From the human T2T-CHM13v2.0 reference genome, Homo sapiens, in assembly GCF_009914755.1 (NCBI RefSeq), contig NC_060925.1: a DNA stretch of 64,000 nt. One strand, written 5' to 3'. Below are positions 16,803 to 30,661 of this stretch, in pieces. Position numbers and translations under genes: made by a program. Every line of letters begins with the position of its first letter. Positions within the stretch are counted from its first letter, which is position 1. The notes beneath the pieces were generated by a model. It had not been told where the DNA came from and searched no databases. It was given only the letters and a program-made list of their open reading frames with translations.

Positions 16803-17760
16803 TTCTGACCCCATTTCTTATCTGGAACACTGTGTCCTGACTTCATTTCCTGTCTGGAGCACACTGTCCTGACCTCATTTCCTGTCTGGAACACACTGTG
16901 TCCTGACCTCATTTCCTGCCTGGAGCTCTCTGTGTCCTGACCTCATTTCCTGTCTGTGCCACTCTGTCCTGACCTCATTTTCTGTCTGTGCCACCCTTTG
17001 TCCTGACCTCATTTCCTGTCTGGAACATGCTGTGTCCTAACTGCATTTCCTGTCTGGAGCGCTCTCTGTCCTGACCTCATTTCCTGTCTGGATCTCTCTA
17101 TGTCCTGACCTCATTTCCTGTCTGGAACATGCTGTATCCTGATATCATTTCCTGTCTGTGCCACTTTGTCCGGACCTCATTTTCTGTCTGGAGCACTCTG
17201 TATCCTGACCTCATTTCCTGTTTGTGCCACCCTTTGTCCTGACCTCATTTCCTGTCTGGAACATGCTGTGTCCGGATTGCATTTCCTCTCTGGAGCTCTC
17301 TCTGTCCTGACCTCATTTCCTGTCTGGAGCCAGTGACCTCATTTCCTGTCTGTGTCACTCTGTCCTGACCTCATTTCCTGTCTGTGCCACTCTTTGTCCT
17401 GACCTCATTTCCTGTATGCAACACACTGTGCCCGGACTGCATTTCCTGTCTGGAGCTCTCTCTGTCCTGATCTCATTTCCTGTCAGGAGCACTCTGTGTA
17501 CTGACCTCATTTCCTGTCTGTGCCACTCTTGTGTCCTGACCTCTTTTCCAGTCTGTGCCACTCTGTGTCCTGACCTCATTTCTTATCTGTGCCACTCTGT
17601 GTCCTGACCTCATTTCCTGTCTGGAGCACTCTGTCCTGACCTCATTTCCTGTCTTGTGTCCTGACCTCATTTCCTGTCTGGAGCTCTCTGTGTCCTTACC
17701 TCATTTCCTGTCTGTGCTGCTTTCTGTCTTGGAGTTGCGTGCCTGACCTCATTTCCTCTC
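16803..17760. repeat. ~33-bp minisatellite, about 29 units
   Basis: Core TGTCCTGACCTCATTTCCTGTCTG with a variable 8-12 nt linker. Confidence 0.97.
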
Positions 17761-19099
17761 CACTGTGTGTTCCTGGAGTTAGGCATCATCTTGGTTTTTA
17801 CTCCCTTGCTTGGTTTTCTCAGGATCTCTGGCTGCTCCGTCCTTGCTCCAGCGTTCTTCTCTGCCCCCTCCCTCTGTGGTCCAGAGGCCGATGGCCAGCT
17901 GGCCCTCACCTGCCCGCCCTGGGTATTTCTGTGCTCTTCCTGGTGAGGGATTCTAGGGGTTCCCCTCCTGGGTTCATCCTTACCTGAGTAGCCACAGCAC
18001 ACTGTGCAGTTGGGTGCCTGGGAGGCACGTGCTTTGGGTGTTGCATGGCTGACCTGGTAACTGGGCACCCGTGTATGGAGGGCTGGAACAGAACACTTGT
18101 CGGCGCTCCTCAGCGTCTTGCCTCTGGTGTCCCCATGGCGAAGTCCCCTGCCATCTGCTTTGGGCTCTGACATGTGACCTGACTGTGCCCTTCAGGAGCT
18201 TTCAGAACCTCCTCTTAGATCTGGCATTCAAAATGTCTTGTCAGACACCTCGAGGCGGCTTGTGTTTGGCCCTGTGTTGGGCGCCTATTGGGCCCTTGTC
18301 AGGTTTTTGTTGCCAGGAGGCTCGCGCCCCGATCTTCGGGATGGTGCCCGTGGCATCTTCTGCTCGGTGCTCCCTAGGGCTGGACGTTGGTCCTCCTGGC
18401 ACTGGTGCTCCGGTTGCTGTGGTCTCCCTGCTGTTCCCTTGTGGCTCAGGATTACTCTCTGGAGGTCTCCGCCTTATCATGAGCACTTTCTTTGTTGGCT
18501 ACTTTTAGTTTCATGATTTCATTTTCGTTTCTAAGATATCTATCTCTTTGTAAAAGCTCCCACCTTTTGTGACTTGTGGATGCTGTATCTTTCTCCTGTT
18601 GCTGCAGACATTAATGATGTTTTTCTTGACAGTTTGTCCTGCTGGTTTCCTCTGTATTCCTTTGGTTGGTTTCAGACCTCGGCTTTAAAGGGGCATTTCC
18701 CCACATTGCCAATTCTTGACCATCTGGTCACGTCAAGGCTGACGTGCCAATGGCTGCAAGGGGGAGGGCACCTGGGAGCCCGCGGATGGCTCTTATGCAG
18801 ACGTGCGGGCCAGCCCCGATCCTGCTTCTGCAAGGCCTCCCCTCCCATGGTGGCGCTTTGGTGCCAGAGCGCGTCGGCGTGGCTCCCTAGCGTCTGCCTC
18901 TGCAGCTGCTTGGCCCCCAGCCGCCTCCTCCCAGCTGCCTCCTGCCCTATGTGTGCTTGAGCTCGAGACAATGCTTCCTTCATCCAAGAGCCGGGCTCTC
19001 GGCGATTTTTGAGAGGAGAATGGGGTTGAAGCGATGTTGCTCTTCCGTCTTAAAACTGGATTTCTTTCCTCATGCTTTTGAATTATTATATCTTCTTGA

Positions 19100-19452
<353 letters not shown>

Positions 19453-19943
19453 CGCACAACATTTTAAGTAAATGTTGACATTTTAAGCATTGAGCAAGGA
19501 AGAGTGTGAAGAGGTACTTTATAAAGGGAAATATGGCAATACTGATTATTTGCGACTTTAACCAGAAGTAATCTTTGGACAGCCAGATGTTATTGTCTTG
19601 GAATGTGGTGTTTTATCTAGTGACAATGTGTGTGCATGCACACGTGGACACACAGGATTCCTGGTCCTTAAACCCGTATGTTCGGTGTCTGCAGCATAGA
19701 ATGGTCTCGGCTGGTATGTGTGGGACCAGCTCAGATGCCCCTATTCTAGATGCCGAGGCCGAATCGCCCCCTAGGGAGGATGGGACAGTGGCTGTGCTGA
19801 GCGTGCTACGGCGTCATGGAAGAACAGCAGAGGCGTTTGAGAATTGTGTTTTTTAAAAAGAGTTGAAACTTGTCAGTCAGGAAATGGAGTAACAGGTTTA
19901 TCAGGAGTGTCATTTTCCTTTTTTTTTTTTTTTTCTCCCATGA

Positions 19944-20260
<317 letters not shown>

Positions 20261-20419
20261 GGGAGCTCATGTTTTATCTGAGGTGGCCCAGGGCCCCACC
20301 TGGGAGCAGGGTCAGCAGTGCCTGGCCCTTGAGTGTTTGCCTCGGGGTGTGTTCCTTTTAAATCAGATCAGCTCATCACTTGGCCGGTTTTCTAGACCAG
20401 CATATTCAAACCCAAGGTT

Positions 20420-20556
20420 TGGAATCTTGGGCTGGCTTCTGAAATGACATGCTGTGGGCTCCATCCCCAGAATTCTGGGTTCCCAGGTCCGAGGTAGGGA
20501 CTGAGAATGTGCATCTCTAGCAAGTTCCCAGATGACATGGTGGCTCCTCCGGAACC
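20420..20556. mobile_element. MER5A/B (hAT-Charlie) relic
   Basis: gggctccatccccagaattctg...ctgagaatgtgcatctctagcaagttcccagatga. Confidence 0.7.
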
Positions 20557-20558
20557 CC

Positions 20559-20741
20559 TGCCTCCTTTTGTGGGTAAAGTTTTACAGGTGCATGGCCACG
20601 CCCCACCGCCCTCGCCGGTGCTGTCTGTGGCTGTTTTGTGCCACAGCAGAAAGGCTGAGTAGGTGCGAGAGAGACCATGTGGCCTACAAACCCAAAATAT
20701 GTGTGATTTGGTCCCTTACGGAAAACACTTGCAGGTTCCTG
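20559..20741. mobile_element. MER58A relic
   Basis: taaagtttta...gccacgccc...gagaccatgtggcctacaaacccaaaatat...tggtcccttacggaaaa. Confidence 0.75.
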
Positions 20742-21942
20742 ATCTAGAGAAAGAATAATTGTAACGCAGGGCTACATTGTTTTTGTGAAACTCTTTAGGA
20801 TGGAAAAGGGCATCTCTGAGGTCAGCGACAGAAGCCGTGGTGGTTTCATGCCACCAGTTTACCTTTGTCCTGAGCTGTGGAGGTTGTTTAAAGCTATAGA
20901 TCAAATGAAGCCTGGAATATAAGGGTGCAGTTAGGATGATTGCTGTGTAGTTATTTTTTAAAACGGCTTTTTGAGGCATAATTAACATAAGCTGCGTATA
21001 TTTAAAGATACAGTTAGATAACTTTTGATGTATGCAAACACATATAAAACATGTATAAAACCCTCGCTGCCGTCCAGATGATGAACCTGTCCGTCACCCA
21101 GAAGCTCTCTCCTACCCACACCCCTTTCTCCCCAGGCTGCAGCAGTCTGCTTTTGGGCCTGTAGATTCGTTGCCTTCCTTAGAGCTTTGTCTAAATGAAA
21201 TCCTACAATATGTTCTTCTTTTGGTCTGGCTTCCTTCCCTCAGCGTCATTATTTTGGGCTCCTTGGATGCGTGGCGTGTGCTGGGCAGTGTTCCCCTGCG
21301 TGGATGTCGCGTTTGTTCCTCCATTTGCCCGTTGGAGCGTGTGGAGTGTTTCCAGTTCTTGACTGTCACAAAGAAAGCGGCTGTGAACATTCGGGTACAA
21401 GTTGTTGTCGGGATACACGGTTTTATTTCCCTGGATAGATACCTAGGTGTGGAATGGCTGGATCATATATTTGTGCTTATGTTTAACTTTTAGAAACTGC
21501 CAGACTATCTTCCAAGGTGGCTGCACCATTCCTCGTCCTACCAGCAGTGAGTGAGAGTTCCTGCTGCTCCACGTCCTGGCCAGCGTGTGTGGTGGGCGGG
21601 CTTAGGCGTTCAGCCGTCCTGATGGGTGTGCGGCGGCATCTCCTTGAGGTTTAAGTTGCGCTTCCCCAATCGTTGAGAACGTAGAGTGGCTTCTCTTGTG
21701 CGTATTTGCCACCATATGTCTTCTTTGGTGAAATGTCCCTTCTGATTTTTGCCAGTTATTTTAGACTGGGTTTGTTGTTTTACTGTTGACTCGTGAGATC
21801 TTTACGTATTCTGGATGCAAGTCCCTTTTCACATTTGCGCCTTACGTAGACTTTGTCCCTGTCCATGGCTTTCCTTTTCTGAACGGTGTTTTTTGAAGAG
21901 TAGAACTGCAAAATTTTTATGGGATCCAATTTTTCAGTTTGT

Positions 21943-22256
21943 TCTTTTTCTTTTTTTTTTTTTTTTTTTTTTTTTTGAGACAGGGTGTGGTTCTGTTGCC
22001 CAGGCTAGAGCACAATCTTGTGATCTGGGCTCACTGCAGCCTTTACCTCCCAGGCTGAGGTGATCCTCCTGCCTCAGCCTCCTGGCTAGCTGAGACTACA
22101 GGCACATGCCACCACACCTGGCTAATTTTTGTATTTTTTGTAGAGACGGGGTTTCGCTATGTTGCCCAGGCTGGTTGCGAACTCTAGCTCAAATGATCCG
22201 CCTGCCTTGGCCTCCCAAAGTGCTGAGATTACAGGTGTGAGCCACTACGTCCGGCC
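21943..22256 (-). mobile_element. AluJ-like
   Basis: TSD TCAGTTTGTTCTTTT at 21934 and 22257. Confidence 0.92.
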
Positions 22257-23197
22257 TCAGTTTGTTCTTTTGGTTTGGACTTCGGTTTCCTAGCTGGGAA
22301 CTTTGTCCCTAACTCAAGGTCACAGAGATTATCTCCTGTATTCTAGAAATTTTGTAGCTTTAAGTTGTATATTTAGGTCTGTGATCCATTTTGAGTTAAT
22401 TTTTGTGTGCAATGCAAGGTGTGGACCTGAGTTCATTTCTTTGCCTAAGGTGTTCAGATGTTTCAGTGGAGTTTGTTGTAAAGATTAGTTCTCTACTGGA
22501 TTGTCTTTGTGCCTTTGTCAGAAATCAGCTGTGCAGATGTGTATTCAGTTGATCCACTTGTTTATCTTTTTACATCAACGCCATGCTGTTTTGGATTATT
22601 GTAGCTTTGAAATAATTCTTGAGGTCAGGTGATATTCGCGCTCTAACCCTGCACTTTTTCAGAGCTGTTACAGCTATTCGGGATCTTCCACTTTTCCATA
22701 TGAATTTTAGAATCAGTTTGTCAATTTCTGTGAACATTTCTGGGAAATTTTGATTGGGATTGTATTGAGTCCATAGATAAATTGGGAATATCTTAACAAT
22801 CGGGAGTTTTCCGACCAACGGAAAGCTCTCTGTTTATGGGTTGTTATTAATTTAGTATTTTGTAATTTTTAGTGCACAGGTTTTTACCATCTTTTGTCAG
22901 ATTTATTGATTTATCTATTGAGGTTTCTTCTTGGTCTTGTAAATAATATATTTTAAAAATTCGATTACTGGATATAAACGGCCACTACAGTTCTTATATG
23001 TTGATCCTGCAGCCTGTAACCTTCCTAACTTGCTCATGAGTCCTAGTGGCTTTTATTGTAGTTGCCATTGGGTTTTCTGTGTAGATGATCATGTCGTCTG
23101 CAGTAAAAGCAGTTTCACTTCTTCCTTTCCAGTCTGGATGCTTTTTTATTTGTCCTGCTTAATGGCACCGGCTAGGGCCTCCAGGGCAGTTTGAATA

Positions 23198-24017
23198 GGA
23201 GTGGTGGGAGTGGACGCCCTCGCTCCTGATCTCCTGATCTGGAAGGCGTGGAATCAGAGTTTGGATGGGAGTGGTGGGAGTGGACGCCCTCACTCCTGAT
23301 CTCCTGGTCTGGAAGGCGTGGAATCAGAGTTTGGGTGGGAGTGGTGGGAGTGGACGCCCTCGCTCCTGATCTCCTGATCTCCTGGTCTGGAAGGCGTGGA
23401 ATCAGAGTTTGGGTGGGAGTGGTGGGAGTGGACGCCCTCGCTCCTGATCTCCTGATCTCCTGATCTGGAAGGCGTGGAATCAGAGTTTGGGTGGGAGTGG
23501 TGGGAGTGGACACCCTCGCTCCTGATCTCCTGGTCTGGAAGGCGTGGAATCAGAGTTTGGGTGGGAGTGGTGGGAGTGGACACCCTTGCTCCTGATCTCT
23601 TGATCTCCTAGTCTGGAAGGCGTGGAATCAGAGTTTGGATGGGAGTGGTGGGAGTGGACGCCCTCGCTCCTGATCTCCTGGTCTGGAAGGCGTGGAATCA
23701 GAGTTTGGATGGGAGTGGTCGGAGTGGACACCCTCGCTCCTGATCTCCTGATCTGGAAGGCGTGGAATCAGAGTTTGGGTGGGAGTGGTGGGAGTGGACA
23801 CCCTCGCTCCTGATCTCCTGATCTGGAAGGCGTGGAGTCAGAGTTTGGGTGGGAGTGGTGGGAGTGGACGTCCTCGCTCCTGATCTCCTGATCTGGAAGG
23901 CATGGAGTCAGAGTTTGGGTGGGAGTGGACGCCCTCGCTCCTGATCTCCTGGTCTGGAAGGCGTGGAATCAGAGTTTGGGTGGGAGTGGTGGGAGTGGAC
24001 GCCCTTGCTCCTGATCT
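23198..24017. repeat. 70-bp minisatellite, about 11.5 units (78- and ~61-bp variants)
   Basis: Unit GGGAGTGGTGGGAGTGGACGCCCTCGCTCCTGATCTCCTG(G/A)TCTGGAAGGCGTGGAATCAGAGTTTGGGT. Confidence 0.97.
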
Positions 24018-24228
24018 GGATTTGGCACCGTCGAGTGTGATGGTGCATGTTGGGTTTTCGCCAGTGCCCTTTATGAGTCCGAGGAAGTCCCCAGAATACG
24101 GTTCCTAGTTTGATCAGGAAGGATATTGGGTTTTGTCAGGTGTTTTTTTTTCTTAATTTATTGAGATTATTAATATGGTGAGTGTCTTTCTATTTCAGGT
24201 TACTAATGTGATGAATTATATTGACTGA

Positions 24229-24618
<390 letters not shown>

Positions 24619-24652
24619 TCTTGAGTTTTATTTGCTAAAATTTTGCTTAGAA

Positions 24653-24951
24653 TTTTTTTTTTTTTTTTTTGGAGACGGAGTCTTGCTCTGTCGCCCAGGC
24701 TGGAGTGCAGTGACACGATCTTGGCTTGCTGGAACCTCCGCCTCCTGGGTTCAAGCGATTCTCCTGTCTCAGCCTTCCAAGTAGTAGGGATTACAGGCGC
24801 ATGCCACTGTGCCTGGCTAATTTTTGTATTTTTAATAGAGACGGGGTTTCAGCATGTTGGCCAGGCAGTCTTGAACTTCTGATATTAGGTGATCCTCCTG
24901 CCTCAGCCTCCCAAAGTGCTGGGATTACAGGCGTGAGCCACTGCGCCTGCC
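24653..24951 (-). mobile_element. AluSx-like
   Basis: Full dimer; TSD AGAATTTTT. Confidence 0.92.
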
Positions 24952-25129
24952 AAGAATTTTTGCATTTATATTCATGAGGGATGTTGGTGTGTGTTTTTTT
25001 TTCTTCTTCTTCCCGTGTATCTTTGTCTGGTTTTGGTGTTAACAGAGTAATGTTCTTGTAGAATGATTTGAGAGGTATTTCCTCCTAAGTTTTTTGAAGA
25101 ATTTTTTCTTTTAAAAATGTTTGGTGGGG

Positions 25130-25300
25130 GGACTGGGCGCGGTGGCTCATGCCTGTAATCCCAGCACTTTGGGAGGCCAAGTCAGGAGTTCGAGACCAGA
25201 TTGGCCAATATGGTGGTGAGATGGTTCACCCATCTCTGTGCCACTGCACTTCAGCCTGGGCGACAAAGCAAGACTCCATCTCAAAAAAAAAAAAAAAAAA
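25130..25300 (+). mobile_element. Internally deleted AluS
   Basis: Alu 5' end and 3' end/tail joined across two internal deletions. Confidence 0.88.
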
Positions 25301-25309
25301 GTTTCGTGG

Positions 25310-25452
<143 letters not shown>

Positions 25453-25664
25453 TTACCATTAAAACCTACTCGGACCCAGAGTGTTTTTTGTGGGAAGATT
25501 TTTAGCTATATAGACTATTCAGTTTATCTGTTCTTGGTTGAGAGTTACTGGTTTGTGTTACACAAGTAATTTTCTCAATTCAACTAAAAATGCCATTTCT
25601 CCCTTTGTTTCTGAAAGGTATTTGCGTAGGTATAGAATTATAGGTTGACTTCAAAAAGTTTCAA

Positions 25665-25983
25665 TTTTTTTTGTGGTTTAATTTAATTTAATTTATTTAT
25701 TTGAGATGGAGTCTTGCTCTGTCACCCAGGCTGAAGTGCAGTGGCACGATCTCGGCTCACTGCAACCTCTGCCTCTGGGTTCAAGTGATTCTCATGCCTC
25801 AGCCTCCCGAGTAGTTGGGATTACAGGCACCCGCCACCACACCTGGCTAATTTTTTGTATTTTTAGTAGAGACAGGGTTTCTCCATGTTGGACAGGATGG
25901 TCTTGATCTCCTGACCTCATGGATCCGCCTGCTTCAGGTTTCCAAAGTGCTGGGATTACAGGGGTGAGCCACTGCGTCCGGCC
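25665..25983 (-). mobile_element. AluS (Sc-like left arm)
   Basis: aggatggtcttgatctcc. Confidence 0.92.
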
Positions 25984-25984
25984 T

Positions 25985-26116
25985 GTTTTATTTTTTTGTA
26001 GAGATGGGATTTCACCATGTTGGTCAGCCTGGTCTTGAACTTGGACTCAAGCAGTCTGCCCTCCCCAGCTTCCCATAGTGCTGAGATTACACAGGCATGA
26101 GCCACCGTGCCTGGCC
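25985..26116 (-). mobile_element. FLAM/AluJ left monomer
   Basis: tgtagagatgggatttcaccatgttgg...gagccaccgtgcctggcc. Confidence 0.85.
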
Positions 26117-26211
26117 CCAATTTTCAGTACTTTAAAGATGTTGCTGTACTGTGTTCCTGCATGCGTGCTTCCAGAGAGAGATCTGCTCATCCTCTTCTTG
26201 ACGGACATGCC

Positions 26212-26566
<355 letters not shown>

Positions 26567-27099
26567 TGAGCCACTTTGCTGTGGTTTCCCCGTGCCGCAT
26601 GTGTTTGGAGTACGTTGTGTAGTTTTTGTCAGGTTTGGAAGGTGTGTCTCCTGCGTCCCTCCTCTGGGCACTTGGTGGCCCGTGTGTCAGTCATGTGAAT
26701 GTTGTCAGCTCAGGGTGCTCTTCTCATCTTCTGGATTCTTTTTTTTCCTCTATTTCCCTGTGAGTAGTTTCTGTTACTCTGTGTCCATATCACAAACCTT
26801 TTCTTCCACAATGTCTCCTCCACGGTTAATCCCATATAGCGGATGTTTCATCTCTAGAAGTTTGATTTGGGACTATATTATATCTTTCGTGTCTTTATTT
26901 TACTCTTTTAAATATGTGGAATACACTGTAATAACAGTTCCAGTGTTCTCTGTGAATTTCTATGTCTGTGTCAATTCTGGTTGTTTGCGATGGATGGATG
27001 ATTTTCTTCATTGTGGTCCACATTTTCTTGCTTTCTGGATTCTAGACGTTTTGAAATGTGCCTGTTTGGGTGCTGAATGTTTTTGTATTCCTATAAATT

Positions 27100-27409
<310 letters not shown>

Positions 27410-28114
27410 TCTTGAGCTTTGTCTAGACTGCGTTCAGTTATTTGGAGGCAGCTTGATCCTTTTGAGTCTTGCTTTTGTGATTTTTTTTTAGGTGGGTCTA
27501 GAGCTGGGCTCAGGGCTCATTCTAGGCCTGATAATTCACCACTCCTGTGGCAGAATCTTCTGAGAGACATAGGACCCCATGAATTTGGGCAATTTCCTGT
27601 CTGTCGGGTGGAGACAGGCTCTCTGCCTAGCCTGGTGCAAGCCTCAGGCCTGTTGTCTCTAAATCTTTGTGGGTGACTCTTCCCCAGCCTCGTGGAGTTT
27701 CTGCACATACATACTGTGATCTGGGGTCTGCGGAATTGCCAGGGGCCTCTGCAGACCCCAGGCCCTCTGTGTGGTGCTCCCTTCTCTGCTGCTCCGTCCT
27801 GTGAATTCCAGCCGCCATGCTCTCCCTGAATTGTCAGCTCCATCTCAACCCAGTTTCTGCTGGGCCCTGCCTGGGTCCTGCTTCCTGTACCATGGCTGGG
27901 AACTCTCGGGAGGCAGTGAGCTGGGGCTGCCAGAGGGCTTGGCTCCACTTTGAATTTTGGGGACCACCGTCCTTTGCTGCCTGACCTCCAGGGTCCCTGG
28001 GGCCATTGTCTCCCATCTCCTGTCTTGTCTGCGTTTTTGGCCTTTCCAGGGAGGAGGGTGATGGGTCTCTGTGACTTCACCTTGGCTGCAGGCGGGCCCT
28101 GGCATCGCAGTCCA

Positions 28115-28205
28115 TGAGTGACCTCCAGCTTCTCTCATCAGCCACCCCGTTCATCCACTCCATTTGTAAAATGAGATAGAAAATGAAGATGGTGCTGTCG
28201 TCACA
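28115..28205 (+). mobile_element. MIR relic
   Basis: ctccatttgtaaaatgagatagaaaat. Confidence 0.4.
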
Positions 28206-28384
28206 GCGGCCGGATATCTGTAGCTCGTGGGCTCCCCTCTAGGCTGAGGCTCTTGTTGTGGGAGAAAGTTGCTCAGGGCCAAGTTTCAGATAGAAAGAGC
28301 GAAAGTAACTGGAAATGTTGAGATGGCCCTGGAGGCCCTCAGGGTGGCCTCTGCTTCAGGGAGGAAGGTGGGCAAATCACGCTC

Positions 28385-28670
28385 CGTGGCAGCAGGTTTA
28401 AAAACATCGCTGAATTGTGCTGACTGGCACATCCATTGTGAGCGGATGTGTTTTCCTTCTGCAATAATTTTGGCTACATTAAATTCGTTTTGTTAACATC
28501 TTCATCACCGCCTTTTCAGTTTCAGCGGGAATTGATTATGAACAAAGTGCCATGATTTTGACTATTCAGGCGAGCAACTGCATCGAGCCAGCACTGAACT
28601 GGTTTTGTAACAAGCTTGGTGTCCATATCGCTCTTAATAACATCTGCAGGCACAGGCGACGATAGCAGTT
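28385..28670. promoter_or_regulatory. Candidate enhancer (AT-rich, CpG-retaining island)
   Basis: TTTCAGTTTC 28514-28523, AATTGATT 28530-28537, AACAAAG 28541-28547; no repeat recognised. Confidence 0.45.
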
Positions 28671-30255
28671 GTGGGCCAGCCGTCAGGAAAGGGGGGACTA
28701 GCACGTACCACTCAGAATTCAGCTTGCGCGGGCTGCGGTGGAGTTCTGGGGTTTGTTTGTGGGCATTTCCAGGTAGTCTGATCCTGTGAGGAGCAAGGAA
28801 GGGGTGTGTTGACAGGGCCGTTCGGGCCGGAGCAGGTGCGACAGGAATGTCCCACGTCCTCTCGTGTGCTGTCGGGAGACAAACCTCTTCCTGCTTCAAT
28901 ATCCCATTCGTTCCAGAGCCTCCTTTCAGGGTGGAAGGGGTGGTGGATGGCTTTGGGATTGGGCCAGGCCTGAGGGCACTGAGGGAGTGGGGCATTAGGG
29001 GCCACGTGGTCAGCACTGCACTCTGCTCTCATCGGAAGCTGGGCAGTGGCCAGAGGCCTGGGAAAGGCTTGTTGTGGGGGCGGGGGGCGCACCACACTTC
29101 AGGGATGCAGCCGGCCTTTGGGCTTCAGGAAACGCAGCTGGGACATCCTGAGGTGTGTGAGGCTGATGCATGGGCCTTTCTACTTCCAGACTGTCCCAGG
29201 ACACGGGTCCACGGTCACACGGTCTCCAAATGAGCAGGAACACCTTGCATGCCCTGCGAGATGTGTTTGAAAGTCACACTTTGGTTCCAGGTCACAGCTT
29301 GAACCTCAGGCCACCTCCAGTGGGAGGCTGGAGGTCCTGTGTGCCACCCGGGGCCTGTGTGCTGTGGTGGTCGTGGCTCTGTGGGTGCCGGGCAGAGGCC
29401 TCCCAGGCTGGGCAGCCGCCACCCCTCTGTGGACGCTACTCACCCTTAGAAGCAGGTTCCCACAGGCCAGGGCACTCCCAACAGCACTGCGTGGAGCTGG
29501 TGCCCACCCCTGTGGTCAGATGCATGGCGCCCGCAGCCCTGGCCCAGGTGCCCCCTGGGTTGTGCGGCGGGGCCCTGGCTCTGTGGGTGGGTGGCTGTGC
29601 TGCCGCTGCTGTCGCCCATCCTTGGGGGCCGGCGTCGCCTCCCTGCTGCTCCTACTGTGTGCTTTCTTGCCCCTCCAGTGCCTCCCAGGGGGCTGTGTAG
29701 CCAGGTGTCTCAGAGGGCTCAGGGCTCCTGGTAGGGTTTGGGTGGGCTGAACCCTGCACCCTGGCCCGGGTGTGGGGTCCTGGTGCTCTGTGGCCTGGGA
29801 CACCCGTGCTTCCTGCAGGCTCTGCGTGGCGCTGATGGAGGGCCTCTTGTTAAGGGGGCACGGTAGTGAGTCAGGTGCCCGGGGGCTCATAAGCCACCTT
29901 GGGGTATGTCTGGGTGCATGGGGACTCCTCTGGCCTCCCCAGCGGTGCTGAGCCGTCACTGCAGGGCAGCCATGGCCCATTTGGCTGGTGCTGAGACAAG
30001 GTGAATTTTCTTGGCTGGCTTGACAGGTCCCCCTTTCCCTCACCATGGAGTTTCACCCAATTTTCAGCTTTGACGGAGAAATGAGGCTTGGAGTCTTTTT
30101 CTGGCCTGTGAGGGCTGCAGAGCAGCGTGCCCAGGGGCTGTAGGCGCAGTCCAGGGAGAGGCCATGACAGGAGTGGGTGTGGGGACTGGTGGGGACAGCG
30201 ACTGTGCCTTCTGGCCCCACCCAGAGAGCCCCAGCTGCTGTGCTGCCGTATTCTG

Positions 30256-30380
30256 ATTCCTTCTTCCCTCCCTCCCTCCCTTCTGCCTTTCCCCTTTATC
30301 CTTTCCCCCCTTCCATTTCCATTTCCCTTTTCCCTCCCTCCCTCTCTTTCCTTCTCTCCTTCTCTACCTCTTCTTTTTTT
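30256..30380. repeat. CT-rich polypyrimidine tract
   Basis: About 125 bp almost purely C/T, continuous with an Alu tail. Confidence 0.9.
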
Positions 30381-30661
30381 GACAGGGTCTGGCTCTGGCT
30401 CTGTCACCCAGGCTGGAGTGCAGCAGCACAGTCTTGCGGCCTCAACCTTGTTGGTTCAAGTGATCCTCCCACCTCAGCCTCATGAGTAGCCGAGACTACA
30501 GGCACACACCACTACATCTGGCTAACGTTTTATATTTTTTGGGTAGAGATGGGGTCTCGCCATGTTGTCCAGGCTGGTCTAGAACTCCTGGGCTCAAGCG
30601 ATCCTCCTGCTTCAGCCTCCCAAAGTGTTGGGATGACAGGTGTGAGCCACCGTGCCTGGCC
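30372..30661 (-). mobile_element. AluJ
   Basis: gacagggtct; gaactcctgggctcaagcgatcctcc. Confidence 0.9.

Noticed and set aside
16803-17760. CRISPR-like repeat/spacer appearance
   Set aside because: Linkers are short and reuse a few variants; no cas genes; primate DNA.
17770-18700. Possible very old antisense L1/HAL1 relic
   Set aside because: Similarity too weak to call by eye.
27421-27428. GTCTAGAC palindromic SMAD site
   Set aside because: A single 8-mer inside an L1 relic; about one is expected by chance.
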